Shown: in pieces, positions 1 to 10,191 of the stretch
Layout of the letters: the number at the start of each line of letters is the position of its first letter
Position numbering within the stretch: position 1 is the stretch's first letter
Virus record (IMG/VR): IMGVR_UViG_3300003580_000011
Location: 1-29,971 of that record
From: a virus
Lineage: Duplodnaviria > Caudoviricetes
Direction: 5' to 3' (one strand)
DNA: 29,971 nt
Notes under the pieces: model-generated
What the model was told of the DNA's origin: nothing
The model's input: the letters and a program-made list of their open reading frames with translations, nothing else
Database searches by the model: none
Program-made: the position numbers and the translations under genes

Positions 1-2
1 GC

Positions 3-179
3 GGTATGGGTAAGTACGGTCGCCTTCTTGGTTGGTTATATATTGGAGATGAGGAAGTATCATTGAACGAGCAGATGATCACTGAAGGTTATGCTCATGC
101 CTATGATGGAGGCACCAAAGATATGAATCTAGAAAAACTGAAAGAGATTCGTCGTGCCCACGGTACGCTAGTAGAATGA
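3..179 (+). CDS. C-terminal part of a thermonuclease (SNase-like) protein, 5'-truncated by the window
   Basis: Hand translation GMGKYGRLLGWLYIGDEEVSLNEQMITEGYAHAYDGGTK...LVE*. KYGR-L and N--M--EG-A--Y are staphylococcal-nuclease family motifs. Confidence 0.75.
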   Translation, partial: GMGKYGRLLGWLYIGDEEVSLNEQMITEGYAHAYDGGTKDMNLEKLKEIRRAHGTLVE

Positions 180-259
180 GCGCACTTTTTGTTTTTGTAT
201 TTGTAATCTTACTAGTAGTAGGAATGGAATCAACTTGGTCAGTAAATCAGAGAAAATAA
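176..259 (+). CDS. 27-aa hydrophobic micro-protein
   Basis: MSALFVFVFVILLVVGMESTWSVNQRK*. ATGA overlap with the upstream stop; fills the gap to the next ORF. Confidence 0.5.
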   Translation: MSALFVFVFVILLVVGMESTWSVNQRK

Positions 260-260
260 T

Positions 261-425
261 ATGTTAGATTTTGAATTGGATTTTGAAGACTTTACTATTA
301 TTCTAAATGCTCTTCATTACTATAAAAAAGTAGAAAAGCGAGGAAACTTTGCCAAGTTTGATGAGCAAAAAATAAACGATTTGCGTGACAGAATGTCTAA
401 GCAAGTAACAAATTATTTTGGGTGA
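261..425 (+). CDS. 54-aa hypothetical protein
   Basis: MLDFELDFEDFTIILNALHYYKKVEKRGNF...NYFG*; tightly packed between neighbours. Confidence 0.6.
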   Translation: MLDFELDFEDFTIILNALHYYKKVEKRGNFAKFDEQKINDLRDRMSKQVTNYFG

Positions 426-431
426 TAATGT

Positions 432-2078
432 ATGTCTGATGGTGTATATCTTGGCAATCCTAATCTAAAGAAAGCGAACGTTGCTATTCAGTGGACTGAA
501 GATAACGTTGCAGAATTTATCAAATGTAAAGACGATCCAGTTTACTTTGCTAGAAACTATATTCAAATTGTTTCTCTTGATGAAGGTCTTGTCCCATTCA
601 GGATGTATCCTTTCCAAGAAAAACTGGTAAGGAATTTTCATGAGAATAGATTCAACATCTGTAAGATGCCACGACAGACTGGTAAGTCTACGACGTGTGT
701 GTCTTACTTGTTACATTATCTAATTTTCAACGATAACGTAAACATTGGCATTCTTGCAAACAAAGCATCTACTGCGAGAGATCTCTTAGGGAGACTTCAA
801 CTTGCATATGAGAACCTTCCTAAATGGATGCAGCAAGGTATTGTAGTTTACAACAAAGGATCGATGGAACTAGAGAATGGTTCTAAGATCATTGCTGCAT
901 CTACATCAGCATCTGCTGTTCGTGGTATGTCGTTCAATATTATTTTCTTGGACGAATTTGCGTTTATCCCAAACCACATCGCAGATCAATTCTTCGCATC
1001 TGTATATCCTACAATTTCTTCTGGTAAATCTACCAAGGTTATTATGGTTTCTACCCCACATGGTATGAACCATTTTTATCGTTACTGGCATGATGCAGAA
1101 CGAGGTAAGAATGAATATGTAGCAACAGAAGTTCACTGGTCAGAAGTTCCTGGTAGAGATGCCAAGTGGAAAGCACAGACTATTGCAAACACGTCTGACC
1201 AGCAGTTCCGAGTTGAGTTTGAGTGTGAATTTCTTGGATCTGTTGACACACTAATCAATCCATCGAAACTTAGAAGTTTGGTTTATGAAGATCCAATCAA
1301 GTCTAACAAAGGATTAGATATTTACAATAATCCTGAAAAAGATCATGACTATATTATGACTGTGGACGTTGCTAGAGGAGTTGGTATTGACTACTCAGCA
1401 TTTGTAGTGTTTGATATTACTACATTCCCCCATCAAGTTGTTGCTAAGTATAGAAACAATGAGATCAAACCAATGCTTTTCCCAAGTGTCATTCATGACA
1501 TGGCAAAGGCATATAACGATGCATATATCCTATGTGAGGTAAATGACATTGGAGATCAGGTTGCTTCTATTCTAAACTTTGATCTTGAATATGAGAACGT
1601 TCTTATGTGCTCCATGCGTGGCAGAGCAGGGCAGATTGTTGGACAAGGATTCTCTGGTAAGAAGACACAACTTGGCGTCAAGATGTCAAAAGCAGTCAAG
1701 AAGATTGGTTGTTCAAATCTCAAAGCTGTTATTGAAGAAGATAAACTAATCTTCAAAGACTATGAGATTATTAGTGAACTAACTACATTCATTCAGAAAC
1801 ATCAATCCTTTCAGGCAGAAGAGGGATGTAATGATGACTTAGCTATGTGTTTAGTCATTTATGCTTGGTTGGTTCAGCAAGATTATTTTAAAGAAATGAC
1901 TGACCAGGATGTCAGGAAGCGTCTCTATGATGAACAGAAGAATCAATTAGAACAAGACATGGCACCATTTGGATTTATCTCTGATGGTTTGGAAGATACC
2001 AGTTTTGTCGATGATAATGGTGACAGATGGCATACAGATGCATATGGTGATATGAGTTACATGTGGGACTACCAGTGA
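432..2078 (+). CDS. g17: terminase large subunit gp17
   Basis: Walker A PRQTGKST, Walker B IIFLDEFAF, coupling motif VSTPHG, RNase H-like nuclease VDVARG...DDLAM; T4-like synteny. Confidence 0.97.
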   Translation: MSDGVYLGNPNLKKANVAIQWTEDNVAEFIKCKDDPVYFARNYIQIVSLDEGLVPFRMYPFQEKLVRNFHENRFNICKMPRQTGKSTTCVSYLLHYLIFNDNVNIGILANKASTARDLLGRLQLAYENLPKWMQQGIVVYNKGSMELENGSKIIAASTSASAVRGMSFNIIFLDEFAFIPNHIADQFFASVYPTISSGKSTKVIMVSTPHGMNHFYRYWHDAERGKNEYVATEVHWSEVPGRDAKWKAQTIANTSDQQFRVEFECEFLGSVDTLINPSKLRSLVYEDPIKSNKGLDIYNNPEKDHDYIMTVDVARGVGIDYSAFVVFDITTFPHQVVAKYRNNEIKPMLFPSVIHDMAKAYNDAYILCEVNDIGDQVASILNFDLEYENVLMCSMRGRAGQIVGQGFSGKKTQLGVKMSKAVKKIGCSNLKAVIEEDKLIFKDYEIISELTTFIQKHQSFQAEEGCNDDLAMCLVIYAWLVQQDYFKEMTDQDVRKRLYDEQKNQLEQDMAPFGFISDGLEDTSFVDDNGDRWHTDAYGDMSYMWDYQ

Positions 2079-2090
2079 GGTGTTGAAAAT

Positions 2091-2098
2091 TATAAATA
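2091..2098 (+). promoter_or_regulatory. gp55-dependent late promoter TATAAATA
   Basis: Exact T4 late consensus in the g17-g18 intergenic gap. Confidence 0.85.
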
Positions 2099-2144
2099 TT
2101 TTTAGATCATCTACACATGACACTCTTATCAGAGGAGACAAAAA

Positions 2145-4361
2145 ATGGTATTAGCTAAGTTAGCATCTCCAGGGGTAGCCGTCCAGGAGAGGGATTTTAC
2201 AAGAGGTGGAATTGATCCTTCATTCTTGAACTTCGGTGCGATCTGCGGAGTTTTTGAAAAGGGTCCTATCGACATCCCAACTCTGGTAACTACAGAGGCA
2301 GAATTTATTGAAATCTTTGGTACTCCAAACGACAATAACTTCGAGTACTGGTATTCGGTTTCAAACTTTCTGGAGTATGGTGGCGTATGCTACGTTGTCA
2401 GAATTCTTGACGCATCACAACTGAACGCAGTTACCGATTCACAATCAGGTGAACTGGTCAAGTCATTTGAGCACTGGGAAGATACTGTATCACAGGGCGC
2501 AGGTACATACAAGTTTATTTCAAGAACTGCAGGTACACTGGGTAACAGCCTGGGTGTTGCAGTTGTTGACTACGGTGCAGACCAAAGACTGACACTGGAC
2601 GCAGACACTTACACCTTCGCAAAAGGCGATGCTCTGGCATCACTGGTTGAAGTTGTAATGTCAGATGTAACTGGTCTGGCAGCAGCAGACGAACTGTTTG
2701 TAGGTTCAACTAAGGTTGCTACTGTTACTTCAGTTGTTTCAGCAACAAAGACTGTAAGAGCAAGACTTGAAGCAGGTCAAACAATTGCCGTAGGTAATGC
2801 TCTGGCAGAATCTTCAGGTGGCGCAGCTATTGGTACAGCATCAGCAGTACAAGTATTCACCCTGTATGTTTACAACTGGGATACTGCAACCAAGGCACTG
2901 GACGTTATCTCTGATATCTTCCCTGCTTACAAAGTTGGCGTTGGCGATACATTCCTCGATACCGCTGGCAGTCCTGCAGTAGCAACAGTTTCTGGAATCT
3001 CTGAATGGTACGATCTCCAGAATGTTTACGCTGGCAAGAAGTGGTACGAAGTAGCAGGTAAGCCTGGCACTTCATCATACGGTATTGACAAGAATGTCAA
3101 GTACGACGAAATGCACATCGCTGTCTATGACGTAGACGGTAAGATCACTGGAACCTCAGGGACAATCCTTGAGACTTTCTTGAATGTTTCCAAGGTCTCT
3201 GGTGCTAAAACTCCACAGGGTGGTACAAACTACTTCATCGATGTAGTTCAGGCAAAGTCTGAGTATGTATATCCTAAGAGCACATCCTACACAGTTACAG
3301 ACATCTCTGGTCTGATTGCAACTCCTGGTACAGGTACAGATACCGATGGTCAAATTGGTTCTTCTGACTTCGGTACTGTTGCAGCACCTCTGAGATATGA
3401 TCTGATTGGTTCAGTAGGTTTGACATTTGCAAACGGTACTGATGATCAAGCGCCTACAGTCGGTGAACTGCTGACTGCATATGAGCAACTGGAAGATACA
3501 GAAGCAATTGATATTGACTTCATCATCCAAGGTCCTGCTGGCGGCACCAGACTCGATGCAATCACTCATGCTAAGAAAATCATTGCCATCTGTGAAGCAA
3601 GAAAAGACTGCATGGGATTCATTTCACCATTCAGAGGTTCTGTTGTAGGAATTTCCTCAGCATCTGTTCAGGTTGTCAATGTTGTTGATTTCTTCAACCA
3701 ACTCGGAAGCAGCTCCTATGTTGTATTCGATAGTGGTTATAAGTACATGTATGACCGCTTCAATGACAAGTATCGTTACGTTCCTCTGAACGCTGACGTT
3801 GCTGGTCTGATGGTCAACACTGCAACAGTTGCTGATCCTTGGTTCTCACCTGCTGGTCTGAATAGAGGTAACATCCGCAACGCTGTCAAACTTGCATTCA
3901 ATCCAAGAAAGGGTCATAGAGACACCCTTTATACCAACAGAATCAACCCAGTCGCTGCTTTCCCTGGCGAAGGCACCGTACTCTTCGGAGACAAGACTGG
4001 TCTTTCCGTTAGAAGCGCATTCGATAGAATCAACGTTCGTAAACTGTTCCTTGTTCTTGAGAAGGCAGTCTCCAGAGCAGCAAGAGCTCAACTGTTTGAA
4101 TTCAATGATGTTGTAACCAGAACACTGTTTACGCAAATCATCGAACCTTTCCTCCGTGATGTTCAATCAAGAAGAGGTCTTACTGACTATCTGGTAGTTT
4201 GCGACGAGACTAACAACACTCCAGCTGTTATCGACGCAAACGAGTTTAGAGCAGACATTTACCTCAAGCCTGCTCGTTCGATTAACTTCATCACTCTGAC
4301 ATTCGTTGCTACCCGCACGGGAGTCAGCTTCAGTGAAGTCGTTGCTGCAAACAGAGGTTGA
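2145..4361 (+). CDS. g18: contractile tail sheath protein gp18
   Basis: N-terminal LASPGVAVQERD; C-terminal PWFSPAGLNRG, AFDRINVRKLF, IYLKPARSINFITLTFVATRTG; GGAG RBS. Confidence 0.96.
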   Translation: MVLAKLASPGVAVQERDFTRGGIDPSFLNFGAICGVFEKGPIDIPTLVTTEAEFIEIFGTPNDNNFEYWYSVSNFLEYGGVCYVVRILDASQLNAVTDSQSGELVKSFEHWEDTVSQGAGTYKFISRTAGTLGNSLGVAVVDYGADQRLTLDADTYTFAKGDALASLVEVVMSDVTGLAAADELFVGSTKVATVTSVVSATKTVRARLEAGQTIAVGNALAESSGGAAIGTASAVQVFTLYVYNWDTATKALDVISDIFPAYKVGVGDTFLDTAGSPAVATVSGISEWYDLQNVYAGKKWYEVAGKPGTSSYGIDKNVKYDEMHIAVYDVDGKITGTSGTILETFLNVSKVSGAKTPQGGTNYFIDVVQAKSEYVYPKSTSYTVTDISGLIATPGTGTDTDGQIGSSDFGTVAAPLRYDLIGSVGLTFANGTDDQAPTVGELLTAYEQLEDTEAIDIDFIIQGPAGGTRLDAITHAKKIIAICEARKDCMGFISPFRGSVVGISSASVQVVNVVDFFNQLGSSSYVVFDSGYKYMYDRFNDKYRYVPLNADVAGLMVNTATVADPWFSPAGLNRGNIRNAVKLAFNPRKGHRDTLYTNRINPVAAFPGEGTVLFGDKTGLSVRSAFDRINVRKLFLVLEKAVSRAARAQLFEFNDVVTRTLFTQIIEPFLRDVQSRRGLTDYLVVCDETNNTPAVIDANEFRADIYLKPARSINFITLTFVATRTGVSFSEVVAANRG

Positions 4362-4401
4362 TCCGATCCATTTATCGATAAAAAAATAACGGAGTAAAAC
4401 A

Positions 4402-4998
4402 ATGGCAGAATTTACAACTGGAGCGGCTAACGTCAACATCAGCGCCTTCAAACAGAGGTTGTCTGGTGGTGGCGCTCGCCCCAACTTATTTGAAGTGGTT
4501 CTTTCACTTCCAGACAATCTCACTTTTTCTGACGCTTCTGGCGTTCAGGGTGATGCAAGATTCCTTTGCAAGGCAGCGGCGCTGCCTGCTTCCAACCTTG
4601 GTGTTGTAGAAGTTCCTTTTCGTGGTCGTCAGTTGAAAGTTGCTGGTGACAGAACATTTGACACATGGACTGTTACTATCGTCAACGACACTGACTTCAA
4701 GATCCGTTCAGCAATGGAAGCTTGGACAAACCAGATCAACAACAACTACACCAATATCGGTGTTCAGGATCCAACCTCATATCAGGTTGATGCATTCGTT
4801 GGTCAACTCGATAGAGCAGAGAAGATCCTGAGAACTTACAAGTTCTTCGGAATCTTCCCAACTAACGTTTCGCAGATTGATCTGGCATTCGACAACAATG
4901 ATACCGTCGAAGAGTTCACCGTTGAATTCCAAGTTCAGTGGTGGCAAGCAGCGGCAGGCACTGAAGGTGGTGAAACCATCGGTGGAGCGAACTTCTAA
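4402..4998 (+). CDS. g19: tail tube protein gp19
   Basis: GGARPNLFEV, FRGRQLKVAGDRTFDTWTVT, EEFTVEFQVQWW; follows g18. Confidence 0.95.
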   Translation: MAEFTTGAANVNISAFKQRLSGGGARPNLFEVVLSLPDNLTFSDASGVQGDARFLCKAAALPASNLGVVEVPFRGRQLKVAGDRTFDTWTVTIVNDTDFKIRSAMEAWTNQINNNYTNIGVQDPTSYQVDAFVGQLDRAEKILRTYKFFGIFPTNVSQIDLAFDNNDTVEEFTVEFQVQWWQAAAGTEGGETIGGANF

Positions 4999-5004
4999 TA
5001 CCTG

Positions 5005-5012
5005 ACTAAATA
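5005..5012 (+). promoter_or_regulatory. late promoter variant ACTAAATA
   Basis: NNTAAATA box in the gap before g20; the same variant recurs before g23, g3 and 27386. Confidence 0.7.
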
Positions 5013-5043
5013 GGTATAGTATTCGATCTATATATTTTTTGAG

Positions 5044-6678
5044 ATGCCTGAATTGTTTGGATATTCAATCAAACGAGCAGAGCAGGAGAGGGGTGGTAAA
5101 AAATCCATCTCTCCTGTTCCGCCGAATGAAGATGATGGACAAGTATCCATAGCTGCTGGTGGGCACTATGGATACTTTGTTGATCTAGAAGGTGGTGGAA
5201 AAAACGAACAGGAACTTTTGAGACGTTATCGTGAGATGGCACTTCACCCTGAGGTGGATGGTGCTATCGAAGATATTATTAATGAAGCAGTTGTAAGTGA
5301 TCTATACGATAGTCCCGTACAGATCGAACTTTCAAATCTGGACGCAAGTAATAAAGTAAAGAAACTCATCAGAGAAGAGTTTGAGTACATCAAAAAACTC
5401 CTCAACTTTGATAAGAAAGCACATGAAATCTTCCGCCGTTGGTACGTTGATGGAAGACTTTATTATCACAAAATGATTGACTTTGATGATCCTTCCAAGG
5501 GAATTACGGAGATCAGATATGTTGATCCACAAAAAATTAGACTTGTAAAAGAAGTACAGAAAGACCCAGATCAGATGAAAACTGATCTGAATACCAAGTA
5601 TGACTACGGAAACGTAGTTGAGTATTACATCTACAATCCAAAAGGTTTGAAGCAGAACCCAATGAAGTCTGCTACTGCACCAACTGGTGGTGGTATCAAA
5701 ATTGCAAAGGATGCAATCACCTTTGTACAGTCTGGTCTTCTTGATGCAAACAAAGGTATGGTTCTTTCATACCTTCATAAAGCAATCAAAGCACTCAATC
5801 AACTTCGTATGATTGAGGACTCTCTGGTAATCTATAGATTGTCTCGCGCACCAGAACGTCGTATTTTCTACATCGATGTTGGCAATCTTCCTAAGGTAAA
5901 AGCAGAACAATACCTCAGAGAGGTGATGGGACGTTACCGTAATAAACTTGTTTATGATGCAAGCACAGGTGAAATCAAGGACGACAAAAAACATATGTCG
6001 ATGCTTGAGGACTTCTGGTTGCCACGTAGAGAAGGTGGTCGCGGAACAGAAATTTCTACACTGCCTGGTGGACAGAACCTTGGAGAACTGACTGATGTTG
6101 AATATTTCAAGAAGAAACTGTATCGTTCCCTCAATGTTCCCATTTCAAGAATGGAAGCAGAGGGTGGATTCAACCTTGGTCGTTCTTCAGAAATTCTGAG
6201 GGATGAAATCAAGTTCACGAAGTTTGTCGGTAGACTCCGTAAGAAGTTTAGCGAAATCTTTATTGACATGCTGAAGACGCAATTGATTCTGAAAGGAATC
6301 ACTAGCGTTGAAGAGTGGGAAGATATGAAGGAGTACGTCCAGTTCGACTTCATCTACGACAATCACTTCTCAGAACTCAAAGAGTCCGAGCTCCTGCAAG
6401 AGAGAATCAACCTGGCATCTGCTGCAGATCCATACGTTGGCAAATACTTCTCTGTCGAGTATGTTCGTTCTAAGATCCTTCATCAGACTGATACGGAGAT
6501 GGATGAGATGGACGATCAGATTGAGAAGGAGAAAGAGGCAGGAATCATCCCACCTTCTGAGGAGGAGATGATGGCAATGCAGCAAGGCGGAGAAGGTGGA
6601 GCGTTAGGTGACGTTCCTATGGATCCAGAGGCAAATGGTTCCGCGACTGAACCACCAGAAGGACAAGGACTTATATAA
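5044..6678 (+). CDS. g20: portal vertex protein gp20
   Basis: IYRLSRAPERRIFYIDVGNLPK, EDFWLPRREGGRGTEISTLPGGQNLGE signature. Confidence 0.98.
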   Translation: MPELFGYSIKRAEQERGGKKSISPVPPNEDDGQVSIAAGGHYGYFVDLEGGGKNEQELLRRYREMALHPEVDGAIEDIINEAVVSDLYDSPVQIELSNLDASNKVKKLIREEFEYIKKLLNFDKKAHEIFRRWYVDGRLYYHKMIDFDDPSKGITEIRYVDPQKIRLVKEVQKDPDQMKTDLNTKYDYGNVVEYYIYNPKGLKQNPMKSATAPTGGGIKIAKDAITFVQSGLLDANKGMVLSYLHKAIKALNQLRMIEDSLVIYRLSRAPERRIFYIDVGNLPKVKAEQYLREVMGRYRNKLVYDASTGEIKDDKKHMSMLEDFWLPRREGGRGTEISTLPGGQNLGELTDVEYFKKKLYRSLNVPISRMEAEGGFNLGRSSEILRDEIKFTKFVGRLRKKFSEIFIDMLKTQLILKGITSVEEWEDMKEYVQFDFIYDNHFSELKESELLQERINLASAADPYVGKYFSVEYVRSKILHQTDTEMDEMDDQIEKEKEAGIIPPSEEEMMAMQQGGEGGALGDVPMDPEANGSATEPPEGQGLI

Positions 6679-6681
6679 ATA
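6674..6681 (+). promoter_or_regulatory. late promoter TATAAATA
   Basis: Exact consensus overlapping the g20 stop. Confidence 0.8.
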
Positions 6682-6708
6682 ATACTATTGGATTTCACTT
6701 AAATTGAT

Positions 6709-6996
6709 ATGGAAACTACAGTAATTGATGCAATTATTTCACAAAACAATGCATCAGCGGTTGAGCGTATGAAAGATATGCTTTCTGATAAAGCACTCGA
6801 AATTATCGATGCTAAAAGACAAGCAATCTCTCAGCAAATGTTTGGTGATGCTATCGCAGCAGAACCAGCAGAACCTGAAGAAACAGAAGTAGATACTGAA
6901 GCGGAAGCGGAAGTAGGTACTGATGTTGAGGCGTCATTAGACAATACCCAAGAACCCGAAGAGGAACAAGATGAAACTGATCACAGAACTGAATGA
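6709..6996 (+). CDS. small acidic prohead core protein (gp67/gp68 position)
   Basis: Position between g20 and g21, Glu-rich tail; function inferred from synteny only. Confidence 0.6.
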   Translation: METTVIDAIISQNNASAVERMKDMLSDKALEIIDAKRQAISQQMFGDAIAAEPAEPEETEVDTEAEAEVGTDVEASLDNTQEPEEEQDETDHRTE

Positions 6997-7615
6997 CGAG
7001 GTAGAATTTATCACTGAAGAAAGTGATGGTAAAAAATCCCATTACATTCAAGGTGTTTTTCTGCAGTCCGATATCACGAACAGAAATGGGAGAATGTATC
7101 CCTATCAAGTTCTTGATAGAGAAGTAAAAAATTATAACGAGAAGTATATCCGTACTAATCGTGCGCTAGGAGAACTCGGTCATCCCGATGGTCCTACCGT
7201 AAATCTCGATCGTGTTTCTCACAGAATTACTAGTCTTGCTGCTGAAGGTAAAAACTTCGTTGGTAAGGCAAAACTTCTGGACACCCCAATGGGCAATATC
7301 GCAAAGAACTTGCTTGATGAAGGTGTAAAACTCGGAGTTTCTTCTAGAGGAATGGGTACGCTCAAGCGTGAAAATGGATACAATGTAGTTGGTGAAGACT
7401 TTATGCTTGCTACTGCAGGGGATATCGTATCCGACCCATCCGCTCCTGATGCTTTCGTCGAAGGTATCATGGAAGGAAAAGAGTGGGTTTGGGAAGGTGG
7501 TCTTCTCAAAGAAAGAGAAATCGCGGAATTGAAGCATGGAATCGATCATGCTACTCTAATCAACCTCCAAGAACGCAAAATAAAAGCGTTTGAAAGGTTT
7601 ATTAGAGGATTATAA
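6971..7615 (+). CDS. g21: prohead protease gp21
   Basis: MKLITE start, NRNGRMY, ALGELGHP, LGVSSRGMG, DIVSDPSAPDAFV. Confidence 0.97.
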   Translation: MKLITELNDEVEFITEESDGKKSHYIQGVFLQSDITNRNGRMYPYQVLDREVKNYNEKYIRTNRALGELGHPDGPTVNLDRVSHRITSLAAEGKNFVGKAKLLDTPMGNIAKNLLDEGVKLGVSSRGMGTLKRENGYNVVGEDFMLATAGDIVSDPSAPDAFVEGIMEGKEWVWEGGLLKEREIAELKHGIDHATLINLQERKIKAFERFIRGL

Positions 7616-7618
7616 TTT

Positions 7619-7630
7619 TATAAATAAATA
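7619..7630 (+). promoter_or_regulatory. late promoter TATAAATA(AATA)
   Basis: Exact consensus before g22. Confidence 0.85.
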
Positions 7631-7671
7631 TAGAAATTACCATATTTTTGCCTAACTAAGGAGTATCAAAA

Positions 7672-8679
7672 ATGTCTGAACAGGTCATTGACAATCAATT
7701 ACAAGAAATGGAAACACCTAAACAGGTAAAGGACAAGGTTAATGCATCTGCAAAACCTGCTGACGCCATGCAAAAAATGGCTGACCCTGGCACTGGACTC
7801 GGAGCTATCCAAGATCTTGGTGGTCCAACACCACAAAACTACAAGTCCACCGACGACTCTTCTAAACTGAAGAGCGCAGGCGGATCCCAGTCCAAAACTG
7901 CCGCAAACGCAAAGGCAGGCAAAGCAGAAGCAATGCCTACCGCTGACAAGAAAGGAATGTCATATGAGAATATTGATTTCTCAGACGACGTTGATGCTCT
8001 TGTAGGATCTGAAGCACTCTCTGAGGACTTCAAAGAAAAGGCAAAAACAATTTTTGAGGCAGCACTCAACAGTAAAGTAAATGCTATCCAGGAAGAACTG
8101 GAAGAGCATTACGCTACTAAGTTTGAAGAAGAGCTTGCTGCAGCAAAGGCACAACTCGAAGAGAAAGTTGACGCTACTCTTCAGTATGCCGCTGAAGAAT
8201 GGGCAGAGCAAAATGTCCTTTCTATCGAATCTGGCATCAAGTCAGAGGTCACTGAGTCCTTCTTGGAAGGTCTCAAGGGACTTTTTGAAGAACATTATGT
8301 AACCGTACCTGAAGATAAATATGATGCATTCGATACTATGGTAGAAAAACTTGATGAAATGGAGCAAAAGCTCAACGAACAGATTGAAAGAAATATTCAT
8401 TTGAATCAAGAGATCGGTACACTTGTAAAAGAGACAATCATCACTGATGTTGCTCGCGGTCTTACTGAAACTCAGAAGGATAAGTTCTTCTCAATCGTAG
8501 AGGGCGTTGGGTTTGAGAGTGAAGAATCCTACCGTGGAAAGATTGAGACTCTGAAGGAATCATATTTCAAGTCAGAGATCCCAGTCGCACAATCTGATGA
8601 GCAGGAAGTATTGGCAGAAGAGGTTGAAGTTTCTTCAAGTATGGATTCATATCTTCGCGCAGTTTCCCGCTTCAAGTAA
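7672..8679 (+). CDS. g22: prohead core scaffold protein gp22
   Basis: LSEDFKEKAKTIFEAA, acidic coiled coil, LKESYF; lies between g21 and g23. Confidence 0.93.
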   Translation: MSEQVIDNQLQEMETPKQVKDKVNASAKPADAMQKMADPGTGLGAIQDLGGPTPQNYKSTDDSSKLKSAGGSQSKTAANAKAGKAEAMPTADKKGMSYENIDFSDDVDALVGSEALSEDFKEKAKTIFEAALNSKVNAIQEELEEHYATKFEEELAAAKAQLEEKVDATLQYAAEEWAEQNVLSIESGIKSEVTESFLEGLKGLFEEHYVTVPEDKYDAFDTMVEKLDEMEQKLNEQIERNIHLNQEIGTLVKETIITDVARGLTETQKDKFFSIVEGVGFESEESYRGKIETLKESYFKSEIPVAQSDEQEVLAEEVEVSSSMDSYLRAVSRFK

Positions 8680-8687
8680 TCATTTTT

Positions 8688-8695
8688 ACTAAATA
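8688..8695 (+). promoter_or_regulatory. late promoter ACTAAATA
   Basis: Box in the gap before g23; AAGGAG RBS downstream. Confidence 0.75.
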
Positions 8696-8744
8696 ATAAC
8701 AAGTTCACTCACAAATCGCAACAAACTTTAAGGAGTAAAGATCA

Positions 8745-10088
8745 ATGTTCAAATCCGAACACCTTCAAGAGAAGTGGGCCCCACTCCTCAAGCATGACGA
8801 TCTCCCCGAGATCAAAGATTCATACAGAAGAAACGTAACCGCAGTTCTTCTGGAGAACCAAGAGAAATTCCTCCGTGAGTCAGAAATGCTCACCGAGGCA
8901 CCTACAAACGTAACCGCACCTACAGGCGCTGTTAGAACTTTCGACCCCGTGCTGATCTCCCTGATCCGCCGTTCGATGCCTAACCTGATCGCTTATGATA
9001 TTGCTAGCGTTCAGCCAATGTCAGGTCCTACGGGTCTGATCTTCGCAATGCGTTCACGCTACAACACCCCAGCTGGCGCAGAGGCACTGTTCAATGAGCC
9101 TAACGCTGGTTTCTCTGGTGCAGGTACTGCTGGTTACGATCCTACTGCATCAGCTTCAACAGACAATGACGCAGAAGGTTCAAACCCAGGTCTCCTGAAT
9201 GATTCAGGCACCTACGAACTGACTGGTGATGCTCTGGGCATGACCACATCAGCCTCTGAAGCACTTGGCGATGGTAGCGGCACCAACTTCAGAGAGATGG
9301 CATTCAGCATCGAGAAGGTTGCTGTTACTGCTCGCTCACGCGCTCTGAAAGCTGAGTACTCACTGGAACTGGCTCAAGACCTCCGTGCTATCCATGGTCT
9401 GGATGCAGAGGCTGAGTTGGCAAACATTCTGTCAACCGAAATCCTGGCAGAAATCAACCGTGAGGTTATCCGTTCAGTATACATCACCGCTAGACCTGGT
9501 GCTCAGAACAACGTTGCCTCTGCTGGCATCTTCGATCTGGACCTGGATTCAAACGGTCGCTGGTCTGTTGAGAAGTTCAAGGGTCTGCTGTTCCAAGTCG
9601 AGCGCGAAGCAAACGCTATCGCCCAAGAGACTCGTAGAGGAAAGGGCAACATCATCGTCTGCTCTGCTGACGTTGCATCTGCTCTTACCATGGCAGGCGT
9701 TCTGGACTACACCCCAGCACTCAATGCTAACCTGAATGTTGATGACACTGGCAGCACCTTCGCTGGCACCATCAACGGCAAGTTCAAGGTCTACATTGAC
9801 CCATATTCCTCCAACGTTTCCAACGATCAGTACTTTGTCGTTGGTTATAAGGGTTCCAATCCTTATGACGCTGGTCTGTTCTACTGCCCATACGTTCCTC
9901 TCCAGATGGTTCGTGCAGTTGGTGAGGACACCTTCCAGCCCAAGATTGGCTTCAAGACTCGCTACGGTATGCAAGCAAACCCATTCAGCACAGGTGCCGT
10001 CAATGACGGTACTCAACCTACTTCTGGTATTGGCGCTGCAAATGCAAACCGTTACTACAGAAGAGTCTTGGTTCGCAACCTTATGTGA
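8745..10088 (+). CDS. g23: major capsid protein gp23
   Basis: VQPMSGPTGLIFAMR, SRALKAEYSLELAQDLRAIHGLDAEAEL, FQPKIGFKTRYG. Confidence 0.99.
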   Translation: MFKSEHLQEKWAPLLKHDDLPEIKDSYRRNVTAVLLENQEKFLRESEMLTEAPTNVTAPTGAVRTFDPVLISLIRRSMPNLIAYDIASVQPMSGPTGLIFAMRSRYNTPAGAEALFNEPNAGFSGAGTAGYDPTASASTDNDAEGSNPGLLNDSGTYELTGDALGMTTSASEALGDGSGTNFREMAFSIEKVAVTARSRALKAEYSLELAQDLRAIHGLDAEAELANILSTEILAEINREVIRSVYITARPGAQNNVASAGIFDLDLDSNGRWSVEKFKGLLFQVEREANAIAQETRRGKGNIIVCSADVASALTMAGVLDYTPALNANLNVDDTGSTFAGTINGKFKVYIDPYSSNVSNDQYFVVGYKGSNPYDAGLFYCPYVPLQMVRAVGEDTFQPKIGFKTRYGMQANPFSTGAVNDGTQPTSGIGAANANRYYRRVLVRNLM

Positions 10089-10107
10089 TATCAGTTCACA
10101 TATCATC

Positions 10108-10133
10108 AAGGGACCTTCGGGTCCCTTTTTTTT
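10108..10133 (+). terminator. rho-independent terminator after g23
   Basis: AAGGGACC-TTCG-GGTCCCTT stem with UUCG tetraloop, running into a T tract. Confidence 0.92.
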
Positions 10134-10191
10134 ATGGGTATAAACTTGTAGGCATAAATTATTGTTGTGTGTATGCAAAAGAATACTTTTA

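Noticed and set aside
2560-3000. gp18 longer than the T4 sheath, possible intein or insertion
   Set aside because: No intein termini or endonuclease motifs; looks like the variable outer beta-domain of sheath proteins.
8830-8925. Short repeats AAACGTAACCGCA and GCACCTACA in the 5' part of g23
   Set aside because: Explained by repeated NVTA/APT peptides with biased codons; no array structure.
10084-10100. TGTGA-N7-TCACA resembling a CRP site
   Set aside because: Spacer is 7 rather than 6 nt and overlaps the g23 stop; more simply a weak hairpin.
9549-10178. 209-aa minus-strand ORF antisense to g23
   Set aside because: Shadow of a strongly codon-biased gene; runs through a terminator; no RBS or recognisable motif.
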